A stretch of 64,000 nucleotides of DNA from Meyerozyma guilliermondii (GCA_051546255.1 CP128820.1:1-64000), one strand, 5' to 3'. Positions 10,909 to 20,870 are shown, numbered from the stretch's first letter. Made by a program: numbers and translations. Notes: generated by a model from the sequence alone, not told the origin.

Positions 10909-11376
10909 ATGGGGGAAAAAGTGGCTGAAGAAACTTTGGGGGAAAGTATGACTGCAGAAACTGTGGAGGAAAATATGACTGAAGAAACCGTGGAGGAAAA
11001 TAAGACTGAAGAAACTGTGGCCAAAAATCTGGAAACTGATTTTATGCTCGCGCACCAGGCAGTATTTGTTTATTTGACTTATTTCCTGTTATTTTGCGGC
11101 TGGGCACTTCCCGGATTCTCTCGGGGACCTGATGATAGGATTCCGGGTTACATCTGGTTCTTTTATGCAGCTTTTCAGGTGATCGGTATTGCAATATGGA
11201 CAACCGTCGTAATCGCTACCATTCAATATAGTAATTCACAGGTAAGGATTAGGTTGAACTTGTATATGCTTGGTATGCACCTTATTTCATGTCTTGGGGT
11301 TTTCATCTGGTACTGCTTGACAGCGTTATACGTCTACAGAGATTCTTTGAATCACATTGTTCGTTTCTTAAAGTAG
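10909..11376 (+). CDS. Orphan small 3-TM membrane protein, family copy 5, with expanded 9-aa N-terminal repeat
   Basis: Four degenerate (M/K/V)(T/A)(E/A)ET(V/L) units, then LTYFLLFCGWALP...IPGYIWFFYAAFQVIGIAIW. Confidence 0.72.
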   Translation: MGEKVAEETLGESMTAETVEENMTEETVEENKTEETVAKNLETDFMLAHQAVFVYLTYFLLFCGWALPGFSRGPDDRIPGYIWFFYAAFQVIGIAIWTTVVIATIQYSNSQVRIRLNLYMLGMHLISCLGVFIWYCLTALYVYRDSLNHIVRFLK

Positions 11377-11769
11377 TAGCTGGTCAGCGAAATTGAATAT
11401 AATTATGTTTAGTATTTTTATGTAGTATCAAGATCCAGAAGCATAGTAGGGACCCTTTCGGTCTATAAGTGTTTCAAAGGTTGGAGACTATAGCTTTCCT
11501 ACTTGTAATGCTGCAACCGTGCGGCTCGCTAGGCTCAAGATACGAGGTTTCATGCATACGAGTATGCGGCTTTTCCGAGACATGTTGTGGGGAAGGTTCA
11601 CTACTACTCTTATAACTGACATTTTTTACAGTAGAGTATAAATCACTTTGATTGCTTTTGAATACTTGAACCAAGCGAGATCAATGAAATTTCGAGACAT
11701 AATATTTCAAGTATTCTGCATTTAATATTTCAGAAACTCTGGCCGAAACTGGATGCAGGTTGAATGCAA

Positions 11770-11904
11770 GTATGCAATTCATGATTAGCGTATGCACATC
11801 TCATCAAACAACCAAAACAACCAAAAATTTTCAAAAATTTTTGTATATGAAACCTTCTTCCAGTCAATTCTCAAAATTTTCAAAAGTTGCAAAATTCTTC
11901 ATTT
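11770..11904 (+). repeat. Direct repeat copy B, paired with 3852-3999
   Basis: Colinear alignment by eye with copy A, apart from one ~11-bp gap and small indels. Confidence 0.85.
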
Positions 11905-11911
11905 CTAAAAA

Positions 11912-13492
11912 TTATAAAGAGTACCTGAATTCCGGGTTTTCTTTGTCGGTCAAATCTGAAAACTCAATGTTTTCCGGAACCACATATTTGCTTCCCAAAG
12001 CTTCTTTTCGAGCATCACGATCAGTGTTTCTCTTATTATAGATGAAAAGCAACGACATCAAACAAAATGTGCCCACAGCAAACGACACCAACATGGCGGT
12101 TTTTGCACCCACGTATGGCGCCGTAGTAAAAGTTTGAGGACCCACAATGTTACCAACACAATAACCAATAAAATAAATGGTGGAAACTGTAATCTTCTTT
12201 GATGAGCCAGCAACGTTAGAAGATACAATAGAAAAGACACAAGATAAAACAGCAGTTGCCATATAGAAAGATAGGTAACCTGCTAATTTGGAACCTCTGT
12301 GGGTTGTGAAATTGAGCAAACACATCCCAACAAAAACGAGAGCATTGACGATTATTGCAGCCACCAACCGGCGGTTCTTCAAAAATTTGTAACATACCCA
12401 AGCAACAAAAGGAGGAAACACAACGTCGATTCCTCCACCAGGCATATTCATCAACATGGATTGACCGGTTCCGAATCCAAAATCTTGGTGCAATAAAATA
12501 CTACCAAAGTTGTTGTAACCACCATTGGCCAAAGCATAGGTAAAACCATAAATGAAAAGAATATAGCTAGGAAGATCAGTCAATGCTTCGATAACCTGGT
12601 TTTTTTTCCAGTGGTGGTTTCCAAAACCTTGTTGGTTTCCTCTGATTCTTTGGACGATATACTTCTTTTCGGTTTCATTCAAGAACCAAGCTTTTGTGGG
12701 AATATCAGGAATATGGATCAACGACAAAAATCCCAAAAGAATAGTGATACAAGCAGTAATGATGTAAAACAATCTCCAAGAAGCAAACGAGTGGCCAGTG
12801 ATTCCTCTATGGGTGTACAATCCGTAAGCGGTTCCAGCACCAATAAGTGTACCCAATCCTTGCAAACCAACATATAGGCACGATCTCATGAATTGTTCTT
12901 CCTTTTTCCACCATTGCGACACCAACATCATATAAGCAGGGTTCATCATTCCTTCAAACATACCGAGAATAAACCTCAAAACCAAAAAACCAGCGGTGTT
13001 CTGTGTCGCAGCGTGAAGCATCAATACGACTCCCCAAAGAACAACTGCGGTTCCTAGTGCTTTGGAAAGTGGAAACCGCTGGAGAATCATCGTACCAGGG
13101 TACTCAAACACCATATACCCGAAATAAAACGTACTTCCAACCCAAGAGTACTGCTTGGAAGTCATATTCAAATCAGCCTCGAACCCCATGAGAGCAGCAT
13201 AACTATTGGTGGTCTTGTCCATCAACTGGCACGACATAAGAAGGGCAATAAGCGGCAACAACATAAAGTCGACCTTGCGTACCAACTTTTTTTCGATGGC
13301 GGGATCGATTTCCACTTCTTTAATGTCCATAACATATTCCATGGCATCGTCCACATCGGTTTTGTCGATGACAACTTCTCTTCCGCCTGGAGAAACCACT
13401 GCCGAAATCACATTGTCCACGTCGTCATATTCGCCGTCACCCACACTGACGATATTGTGGATTGAACTGGTTTTCTTTGTAGAGTCTGGCAT
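11912..13492 (-). CDS. MFS transporter of the allantoate permease (DAL5/ACS) family
   Basis: KKLVRKVDFMLLP, QYSWVGSTFYFGY, WWKKEEQ, PDIPTKAWFL, NQQGFGN, SNVAGSSKK, GNIVGPQTF and C-terminal FSDLTDKENPEFRYSL. Confidence 0.92.
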   Translation of the reverse strand: MPDSTKKTSSIHNIVSVGDGEYDDVDNVISAVVSPGGREVVIDKTDVDDAMEYVMDIKEVEIDPAIEKKLVRKVDFMLLPLIALLMSCQLMDKTTNSYAALMGFEADLNMTSKQYSWVGSTFYFGYMVFEYPGTMILQRFPLSKALGTAVVLWGVVLMLHAATQNTAGFLVLRFILGMFEGMMNPAYMMLVSQWWKKEEQFMRSCLYVGLQGLGTLIGAGTAYGLYTHRGITGHSFASWRLFYIITACITILLGFLSLIHIPDIPTKAWFLNETEKKYIVQRIRGNQQGFGNHHWKKNQVIEALTDLPSYILFIYGFTYALANGGYNNFGSILLHQDFGFGTGQSMLMNMPGGGIDVVFPPFVAWVCYKFLKNRRLVAAIIVNALVFVGMCLLNFTTHRGSKLAGYLSFYMATAVLSCVFSIVSSNVAGSSKKITVSTIYFIGYCVGNIVGPQTFTTAPYVGAKTAMLVSFAVGTFCLMSLLFIYNKRNTDRDARKEALGSKYVVPENIEFSDLTDKENPEFRYSL

Positions 13493-13563
13493 TCGTAAAG
13501 GGTTGAATATTTCTGACTTCAAAGAATTCTGACTTAGCTCTTAAATACTGAGACGCTAGTTAC

Positions 13564-13674
13564 GATAAGAACGGATCCAAAGCTCAGATCATAGCGTCGA
13601 ATCTTGCCGTCGTGATTATAATACAGAGCTGAGTCAGATAAAGAGGTTGAATACGGAAACTGCGAATGTTTCCG
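13564..13674. promoter_or_regulatory. Divergent promoter with GATAAG (13564), Gcn4-type TGAGTCA (13630) and two CGA-N6-CCG sites (13598, 13663)
   Basis: Motifs read directly; binding factors inferred from established GATA, Gcn4 and Zn2Cys6 specificities. Confidence 0.55.
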
Positions 13675-13812
13675 CCGTTATCGCACCGCAGCACCAGGGC
13701 TGCGAACCAATGCGTCTACGGCTTCCGGATCGGGCAAGTGCCAAATCTCCGGTCCATAGTGTCCATATTGCCAGCTCCATCTCATATACTTGACTTCGTG
13801 TCCAGAAATGCA

Positions 13813-15288
13813 ATGAGTAGTATTGGTGAAAAAGATGTATCGGTTTCGGTCGAGACTTTGGATGGGGTACTACCAAAAAATTTCACCATAGACGAATCGG
13901 GACTTCTTGTATTTGATCCAGACAGCCCTCAAAAGCCAGCGAATTGGTCTTGTCGCAAGAAATTTGCCCACACTGCGCTATTTGGCATGGTGACGTTTGG
14001 AGCGCAAATGAACTCCACCACCACTTCGGCTGAAAAATTTACTGAATTGTTGAACCAAGAATTTGGAATTTCCAGAGAAGTCGCTTTACTCACCAGCACT
14101 CTCTATATCTTGGGAATTGCCTTTGGTCCAATGGTATTTGCGCCGTTATCTGAAGTCTACGGAAGAAAATTCGGCGTTTTGGTCCCCACGCTCATTTCCA
14201 GTGCATTCACCTTTGGGGTCGCGACCAGCTATAATGTCCCCAGTTTGATGATTTTCAGATTTCTTTCGGGATTTTGTGCTGGAGCACCCATAGTTAGCGC
14301 CGGGGGAGTTTTGGCGGATTTGTATCCAGACACCACTGTTCGAGGTCAATATTTTGCATTTTATGGTCAATTGGTCAATGGTGGTTCCAGTATGGGTCCC
14401 ATAGTTGCATCACTTATGATGTACAGCAATGACAGTTTGGGAGCCTGGAGAATCCCGCAATACTTTTCGGGACTTTTGAGTCTTGTGCTATACTTTTTCT
14501 GTGAATTTGTCTTGGACGAAACCTATACTCCAGTCTTAACCAAAAAAGAAGCCAAGAAAATTAGAATCAGTTCCGGCGACTGGAAAGTGCATTGCCAGCT
14601 CGATATGTGGCAGTTGGACCTAAAGGACGTGGCCACGAAGCATTTGGTTAGACCATTCGCCATGTTAATCACACCAATTGTGTTCGTGATCGTCTTATTT
14701 GCCAGCTACGTTTATGGCGTTTTCTACATTGTTATCACCACCATGCCAGCAGCCTTCACCATGACCCGAGGCTGGAAGGGCACAATTGCTTCACTCCCAA
14801 ATATAGCGCTTTTCATTGGAGTATGCTTTGGAAACATATCTTCGGTTCTTTTGGCTGGAAGGAAAAATCATGGAAATGCTTCTGTGCCAGAAGACAGGTT
14901 TTTACCATTGATGTACTTTGGTTGGTTGATGCCTGCTGGAATATTCCTCTTTTCCTGGACCTCGACCGCCAATATCCACTGGATTATTCCCTGTTTGGGT
15001 ATCGTAGCCATTGGATATGGGTTCATTATCATCTTCCAAGGCTGCCTAAACTACTTGGTGGATACATACACCAAATACGCCGCTTCTGGAATCGCTGCAA
15101 ACACATTTATGAGATCAGTTTTTGCGGCTTCTTTTCCTTTATTTGCCAAACAGTTGTTTGAAAACTTGGGTGTCCATTGGGGAGGATCGTTGATCGGGTT
15201 TATTGCATTGGGAATGATTCCCATTCCATTTTACTTTTACAAGTATGGGGCAGCTATTCGCGCCAAAAATCCATATCAGGGAATATAG
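13813..15288 (+). CDS. MFS drug:H+ antiporter DHA1 family (TPO1/FLU1/MDR1-like) transporter
   Basis: PQKPANWS, GPMVFAPLSEVYGRK, ETYTPVL, RPFAML, NYLVDTY..YAASGIAANTFMRS motifs. Confidence 0.92.
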   Translation: MSSIGEKDVSVSVETLDGVLPKNFTIDESGLLVFDPDSPQKPANWSCRKKFAHTALFGMVTFGAQMNSTTTSAEKFTELLNQEFGISREVALLTSTLYILGIAFGPMVFAPLSEVYGRKFGVLVPTLISSAFTFGVATSYNVPSLMIFRFLSGFCAGAPIVSAGGVLADLYPDTTVRGQYFAFYGQLVNGGSSMGPIVASLMMYSNDSLGAWRIPQYFSGLLSLVLYFFCEFVLDETYTPVLTKKEAKKIRISSGDWKVHCQLDMWQLDLKDVATKHLVRPFAMLITPIVFVIVLFASYVYGVFYIVITTMPAAFTMTRGWKGTIASLPNIALFIGVCFGNISSVLLAGRKNHGNASVPEDRFLPLMYFGWLMPAGIFLFSWTSTANIHWIIPCLGIVAIGYGFIIIFQGCLNYLVDTYTKYAASGIAANTFMRSVFAASFPLFAKQLFENLGVHWGGSLIGFIALGMIPIPFYFYKYGAAIRAKNPYQGI

Positions 15289-15505
15289 AACGAATTAAAA
15301 AAAGAGTAGAAGATAACTGACTCTGATTCATAATTCAGACAATGAGAATATCTTTGGCTGCAAATTCCCGTTCTATCAGGTGCGCGATAGCGGAACATTC
15401 AGCACCTGCCTAATCGGGACTATCATCATCGACATTTAAGATAACCCAAAAATATCGTATTGAACTTAAAAGTTTAGAAAACACATAGCGGCCCAGAAAC
15501 TCAGA

Positions 15506-16933
15506 ATGCCTCCTCCCAGTAAGAAAGATAAAGTGATTATTGTTGGTGCCGGAGTTTATGGACTTTCCACGGCGTTATCTTTCTTGAAAGATGGCTTTGA
15601 AGATGTCCATCTTTTCGACAAAAACGACTACACCAGCCAAAGTTACAGCTGGTTCAAAGGGTGTGACAGCGCCTCTTCGGACATGAACAAAATCTTCCGG
15701 TCTTCTTATGGCGACAAAACCCATTATCAGAAAATGTCACTTGCCAGTAGAGACGTCTTTCTCGAATGGAATCGCATGATTGCAGAAGAAGGATTTGAAG
15801 GAGGTGAGCCAGTGTATATCAATTCGGGAAACGTGCACTTGACAGACCAGCACGAGCTTCCTGACTTTGAAAGGGAAACTTTGGAGAATATGCCAGATGG
15901 AACCATTGACATTAACGACCCAAGGGCCACCGAGAAAGCTTTGAAAAAAGGTTTAAGTGAAGACTCGGTCGACCCATTTTTGTGTAAGAGCCGCGGAATC
16001 AAGCTACAAGGCATCCTAGATACCACTGGAGGCACAATGGTTGCGGATAAAATGTGTAGATGGGTTCTTCATTTGTGTGCTCGAACTGGAGGTTCAAGAT
16101 TCAAATCTCATTTGGGTACTGAGGTCCAAGAGTTGTTGGTGGAGTACAACCAGTCTACAGGTTCCAAGAAGTGCGTGGGAATCAAGACAAAAGATGGAAA
16201 TTGCCATTTTTCAAAACTTGTGATTTGTTTGATGGGTGCCTGGACAGCCCAATACGTCCCAGAAGCAGGTGAAAAAGTCGAAGCGACTGGGGGAACTGTT
16301 GCTTTTGTAAAGATTACCGATCCTAAGCTTTTGAAGCGTTTTGACCAAAATAATTTTCCTTCTTGGACCTACAAAGTGCGGGATGGTGCCATGGGAGGTT
16401 TATATGGGTTTCCAGTGAGCGCTTCGGGTGGATATATGAAAATTGGATACAGAGGAATTAAGTGGACAAACCCTTCCAATGGACTCAATTCCAAGGTAAA
16501 AACCAAGTACACACCAGAAAGTGAGAACAATGTTCCATTGTTTGGCTTAAAGTTGATAAAGAATTTTGTCAGAACCCATCTTCCTCAAATCGACAAAATT
16601 GAAGCTACAAGATTATGCTGGTATTCAGACACAGAAGACAACGATTTTCTCATTTCGTACTGCCCATACTACGAAGACAAGTCGTTATTTGTGGGCGCTG
16701 GAGATTCAGGACATGCTTTCATGATGTTTGGAGTGTTGGGCGACCATATCAAAGACATCATTTATGGAGAAGAAAATCCATTTTTGACAGACTTGTTTTC
16801 GTGGTCCAGAAAAAGAGAGCCTCTAAACCGGATCAATTGGGGCTTGGAGGATCCCAGAGCTTTACAAAATGTCAAGATGGCTACTCCAAGAGACTGGTAT
16901 ATCGGTCCTGAAGAAGAGTTAAGTAAACTATAA
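15506..16933 (+). CDS. FAD-dependent amine oxidase of the sarcosine oxidase/fructosyl-amino-acid oxidase/pipecolate oxidase family, peroxisomal (PTS1)
   Basis: GAGVYG Rossmann motif, SASSDMNKIFR, RLCWYSDT (putative flavinylated Cys), GDSGHAF, C-terminal -SKL. Confidence 0.88.
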   Translation: MPPPSKKDKVIIVGAGVYGLSTALSFLKDGFEDVHLFDKNDYTSQSYSWFKGCDSASSDMNKIFRSSYGDKTHYQKMSLASRDVFLEWNRMIAEEGFEGGEPVYINSGNVHLTDQHELPDFERETLENMPDGTIDINDPRATEKALKKGLSEDSVDPFLCKSRGIKLQGILDTTGGTMVADKMCRWVLHLCARTGGSRFKSHLGTEVQELLVEYNQSTGSKKCVGIKTKDGNCHFSKLVICLMGAWTAQYVPEAGEKVEATGGTVAFVKITDPKLLKRFDQNNFPSWTYKVRDGAMGGLYGFPVSASGGYMKIGYRGIKWTNPSNGLNSKVKTKYTPESENNVPLFGLKLIKNFVRTHLPQIDKIEATRLCWYSDTEDNDFLISYCPYYEDKSLFVGAGDSGHAFMMFGVLGDHIKDIIYGEENPFLTDLFSWSRKREPLNRINWGLEDPRALQNVKMATPRDWYIGPEEELSKL

Positions 16934-17085
16934 TAGTTGATAACGACTCTCAGAATCATTCAATGACACTCATATATTAACCAGATCTATTGCTTTGGAC
17001 CTCTTCGTAGTTTTTTAATTGTTATACTCGATTTCTTGTAATTTTTCTATTCTGTTGCTCTCCTCCACACTTCGTGCTTCGTTAT

Positions 17086-18111
17086 TCACTCAAAGTACTT
17101 GTCGTCTACCGGTCTCTCTTCTGGAACTGAAACTATGTTGCATCCCTCCTTCAACCTAAACTGCACCACCTTCAACAATTCATACACAACAGATAACACC
17201 GGAGTGTCCACTTTCAACTCTTTTGCAACCGTCAACAAATTACCCAAAATCACTTCCAATTCAATGGGGTTCCCTTTTTTGACATCAACAAGCATAGATG
17301 GTTCAAACCAATCGCCATCGTCGGAATGAACCACCAAATTGATCACATCTTTGGGAAGGTCCACTCCATCAGCCTTGGCAATGGCAATAACTTCACGCAT
17401 GGCAGGAATAGAAACCGCTTCCAAACCGCCCGAAAGCTGGAGCCTTCCGGTATCCACACCGGTCAAAGCCGCTACGGTATTCAAGGATGCATTGTAAACC
17501 AATTTTCTGTATCGATACCACTTGGCATCAGGAAAATAGGTACAGTCAATTTTCTCGTTTTGGTAGAGCGAGATAAACTCCATCGTTTTTCCTTCTTGTG
17601 CCTCTTTAGAGAGGTTCGGGTTTTCAAAGTAACTGATCAAAGACTTGTCTTTTTGGGTTTGAGTGATTACACCATTATGATTGTGAGAACCAATGTGAGA
17701 AACACCGGAAATACACACATTTTTTGGGTACTTTTCAACAAAAGGTCTTCCCAAATCGAAACCATTCTGCATCAATACCACTGCTGTCTCCTCTGGAGTG
17801 ATAACCGGGGCAGAAAGGTCCTCAACACGAACAATATCAGGCAAATTCTTTGTCGCAATGACGATAAAGTCGTATATATTGCCTGTTTTGGCCGCTTCTT
17901 CAACACTTTCGAAAACATTGTGTGGCTTCCAGTGTTCTATTTCACCGTAATCGACAGAATGGATGTTCCAACCAGCATTTTTCACTTTTTCGTAATCACG
18001 ACGAACCACAACGTCGATATTGGCTTTGCCAACATAGTAGATTCCATAGGCAACAATTGTACCCACGCCTCCAGTACCAATTAGCAACACGTTTGGTTTC
18101 GATTCTGACAT
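17086..18111 (-). CDS. Ketopantoate reductase (ApbA/PanE)-family 2-oxoacid reductase
   Basis: GTGGVG, VLMQNG, KLVYNASLN and SMLVDVKKGNPIELEVILGN motifs. Confidence 0.9.
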   Translation of the reverse strand: MSESKPNVLLIGTGGVGTIVAYGIYYVGKANIDVVVRRDYEKVKNAGWNIHSVDYGEIEHWKPHNVFESVEEAAKTGNIYDFIVIATKNLPDIVRVEDLSAPVITPEETAVVLMQNGFDLGRPFVEKYPKNVCISGVSHIGSHNHNGVITQTQKDKSLISYFENPNLSKEAQEGKTMEFISLYQNEKIDCTYFPDAKWYRYRKLVYNASLNTVAALTGVDTGRLQLSGGLEAVSIPAMREVIAIAKADGVDLPKDVINLVVHSDDGDWFEPSMLVDVKKGNPIELEVILGNLLTVAKELKVDTPVLSVVYELLKVVQFRLKEGCNIVSVPEERPVDDKYFE

Positions 18112-18183
18112 GAACTATTGCAATACTGGTAATGTTTACCGTATTTATACTGATAACGTTCCGAAAGTGGAAACTTGCGACAC

Positions 18184-18213
18184 CGGAAACTTACGACTTA
18201 CCAATAAGATAAG
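18184..18213. promoter_or_regulatory. Divergent reductase/aminotransferase promoter with CGG-N6-ACG site (18184) and GATAAG (18208)
   Basis: cggaaacttacg is a variant of the cluster motif, with a near copy tggaaacttgcg just upstream; a further CTTATC lies at 18376. Confidence 0.45.
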
Positions 18214-18388
18214 GAAGGTTCCGCCTTATTGTTGTAACCAATACGTTACGAGAGCGTCATTAATCAACAATTGCATCGAAAGAGTCTTAATTCAAATAGC
18301 CTTGGAGATCACTTTCTCGAATCATTAAAGTATCAGTTCTCGCTCTCAATTTTATTAGTGTGCGATCGCGAATTGCTTATCAATTCAA

Positions 18389-19825
18389 ATGCTGCCGCTC
18401 GATCTTTCGCATCTTCTATCTGAACAAGCCAAAGCGAGAAAAGGCTCCAAATTAAAATCGTGTGTTCACTACAAAAATGAGCCAAATTTTGGATTCCTAG
18501 CCGGTGGGTTGCCCTTGCCAAGTTACTTCGCGTGGGAAGCAGTCAGCGCCTCTACCAGAAAGCCCCCATTTGAAGGTGGTTTGAGTGCTATTTCCACCGC
18601 TGAAAATCAGCTATCTTTTACAGTTTCGCAGGATTCAACCGACCTAGACATTCCACTCTCGGCGTCGTTGCAGTATGCTGTAGCCATTGGCCCTGCTCCT
18701 CTTCGACAATTTTTGATTGAACACACCAAAGTGGTGCACAAGATCCCATACGAAGAATGGGAACTTGCCACTACTGTGGGCAACACGCAGTCGTGGGATG
18801 CTTGTATCCGTACCTTTTGCAATCAGGATGACTCAATTTTGGTCGAAAAGTACTCTTTTTCTTCAGCTATGGAAACTGCGGCTCTGCAAGGAATTCGTCT
18901 AGTTCCAATGGATGTCGACGAAAGTGGAATTCTACCGGAAAAGTTGGAATCAAAGTTGTTTAAAATGAAGGCTAAGGGCGAGAAATTGCCTAAAATAATC
19001 TACTGTATTCCTACGGGACAAAACCCTACTGGCATTTGTATTTCTGGTGAAAGAAGGAAACATATCTACGATATTGCGCTGAAATACGACTTGGTAATTG
19101 TTGAGGACGAACCGTACTATTTCCTTCAATTGGACCCGTATGTAGCCCCAGAAAAGAGAGGTTCCTCCACCAAGAGCTTGACCAATTCGGAATTTCTCGA
19201 GTCGATGGTTCCGTCATTTTTGAACTTCGATACCGAAGGAAGAGTGGTAAGGTTGGATTCTTTTTCGAAAGTGCTCGCTCCAGGTTCCCGTCTTGGCTGG
19301 ATCACTTGCCAGAAAAAGCTCATGGAGAGATTTCTTCGCAACTTTGAATCCACATTCCAGACTCCATCTGGATTTTCTTCGTCTATCATCTACGGAACGT
19401 TATCAAGGTGGGGCCAGCAAGGTTACATCGAATGGTTGAAGGCATTGCGTGTAGAATACACCTGGAAGAGGAATTTGGCCATAGACTTTTGCCGCAAGTA
19501 TCTACCTGAAGCTTTATCAAGGATCAATGCCCCGAATGCCGGCATGTTTTTCATCGTTTCGTTCGACACTTCAAAGCACCCTGAATTTGCAACAAAGTAT
19601 AACAGTGATCCGTTGGCGGTTGAAGCGGCTATTTACGAAGCCACTATCGAAAATAAAGCCATTCTCGTTCCAGGCTCTTGGTTCGAAGTGAGAGAAAAAG
19701 ACGAGGAACCAAGTACCGTTATCTTTTTCCGAGGCACATACGCTGCGACTGAGATAGATGTGTTGGAGAAGGGTATACAGAGATTCGGAAAAGCGGTGAG
19801 GGAAGTATTTTCCTTGCATGAATAG
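18389..19825 (+). CDS. PLP-dependent aromatic/aminoadipate aminotransferase (ARO8/ARO9-type, class I)
   Basis: LAGGLP, SLQYA, PTGQNPTG, EDEPYYFLQ, PLP-lysine motif DSFSKVLAPGSRLG and FFRGTYAA. Confidence 0.92.
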   Translation: MLPLDLSHLLSEQAKARKGSKLKSCVHYKNEPNFGFLAGGLPLPSYFAWEAVSASTRKPPFEGGLSAISTAENQLSFTVSQDSTDLDIPLSASLQYAVAIGPAPLRQFLIEHTKVVHKIPYEEWELATTVGNTQSWDACIRTFCNQDDSILVEKYSFSSAMETAALQGIRLVPMDVDESGILPEKLESKLFKMKAKGEKLPKIIYCIPTGQNPTGICISGERRKHIYDIALKYDLVIVEDEPYYFLQLDPYVAPEKRGSSTKSLTNSEFLESMVPSFLNFDTEGRVVRLDSFSKVLAPGSRLGWITCQKKLMERFLRNFESTFQTPSGFSSSIIYGTLSRWGQQGYIEWLKALRVEYTWKRNLAIDFCRKYLPEALSRINAPNAGMFFIVSFDTSKHPEFATKYNSDPLAVEAAIYEATIENKAILVPGSWFEVREKDEEPSTVIFFRGTYAATEIDVLEKGIQRFGKAVREVFSLHE

Positions 19826-19994
19826 GCGAAAAATAGTTTGCTTATTGTTTAATTCAGGCTGAAATCGTTAGTATGCCAATAGATTAGCTGCAAGTAATTA
19901 TAGAACAATTCTTCATTTGAGACTGAGTTGTTGAGATAAGGTTTATTGTCATAAACAATCGAGCTACTTTCAACTTGACTCTTTGCGTATTACT

Positions 19995-20789
19995 TCAACT
20001 GTCCTTTTCCTTGGCACTTCGTTTCCTGATTCTCAACCCGTCTTTCTTCTTTGAATCCTCCGGAAAAGTACGGCAAACCAATCCGCTGTAAAACCAGTCT
20101 ATCATAGTAACAACATCATAAACCGGCAACCCCAATGCTTTCTGAACAGCTTTCGAGGTAGGAGGCATCTGAGTGCATTCAAAAACAAAAGCACCTATGG
20201 AACTGTCTTGTGAAACTGCCTTTTTTGCCAATTCTATCATTTCCGCTTCAAACCTTTCAATGACATACTGGCCACCTTCAATGATAATATTCTTCAATTC
20301 GCCCCCATCTTTGGCGCCATGGACAACAATTCTCTTCTGCATCGCTTCCGAGAGACCTACACCATCAAAGTGGGATTTTCCTAATTCTTTTTCGTCAAAA
20401 GTGAGCACGGCTACTTTCTTATTTGGAGGTAAAAATGCCAATACTGAAGGGATTTGTAAAAGGCTGCTCGATGCTAGCGGGATATTGATCTTGGATGCTA
20501 AACGGTCCTGAATCTGGGCGAGAAATCCACAGGACGTAATAACGCCAATTGCACCTTTCGCTTCTAGTTTGTTGCAAGCATCAACAAAGTTGTCAATTAA
20601 GGTTTCGTCCAACACCCCAGAAAACACAATATTGCGCACAGTAGCATTGTTCACTCTTTCGTGAACCAATGGGAAAACAAACGACTCTGGGTTCAATGGG
20701 TCTCCCGGCGGCCGGTGGATATCGTCGGTGTAATCAAGGCAAAGAGCACCTAGCGGAGGCAATTCCTGGGTTTGGGGGTACTTTGACAT
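19995..20789 (-). CDS. Asp/Glu/hydantoin racemase superfamily protein
   Basis: RPPGDPLNPESFVFP, two-Cys pair ITSCGFLA and FECTQMPP, LGLPVYD. Confidence 0.8.
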   Translation of the reverse strand: MSKYPQTQELPPLGALCLDYTDDIHRPPGDPLNPESFVFPLVHERVNNATVRNIVFSGVLDETLIDNFVDACNKLEAKGAIGVITSCGFLAQIQDRLASKINIPLASSSLLQIPSVLAFLPPNKKVAVLTFDEKELGKSHFDGVGLSEAMQKRIVVHGAKDGGELKNIIIEGGQYVIERFEAEMIELAKKAVSQDSSIGAFVFECTQMPPTSKAVQKALGLPVYDVVTMIDWFYSGLVCRTFPEDSKKKDGLRIRKRSAKEKDS

Positions 20790-20870
20790 TTGGGTGAGAG
20801 TCTAGTGTACTAAGACTTAAGGAAGGATATGTGTGTCCACTATATTCAAAGCCGTTATTTGTCATTCTGT

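Noticed and set aside
3852..11904. Block interpreted as an LTR retrotransposon
   Set aside because: No TG...CA termini, primer-binding site or gag/pol remnants recognised; the repeats are short.
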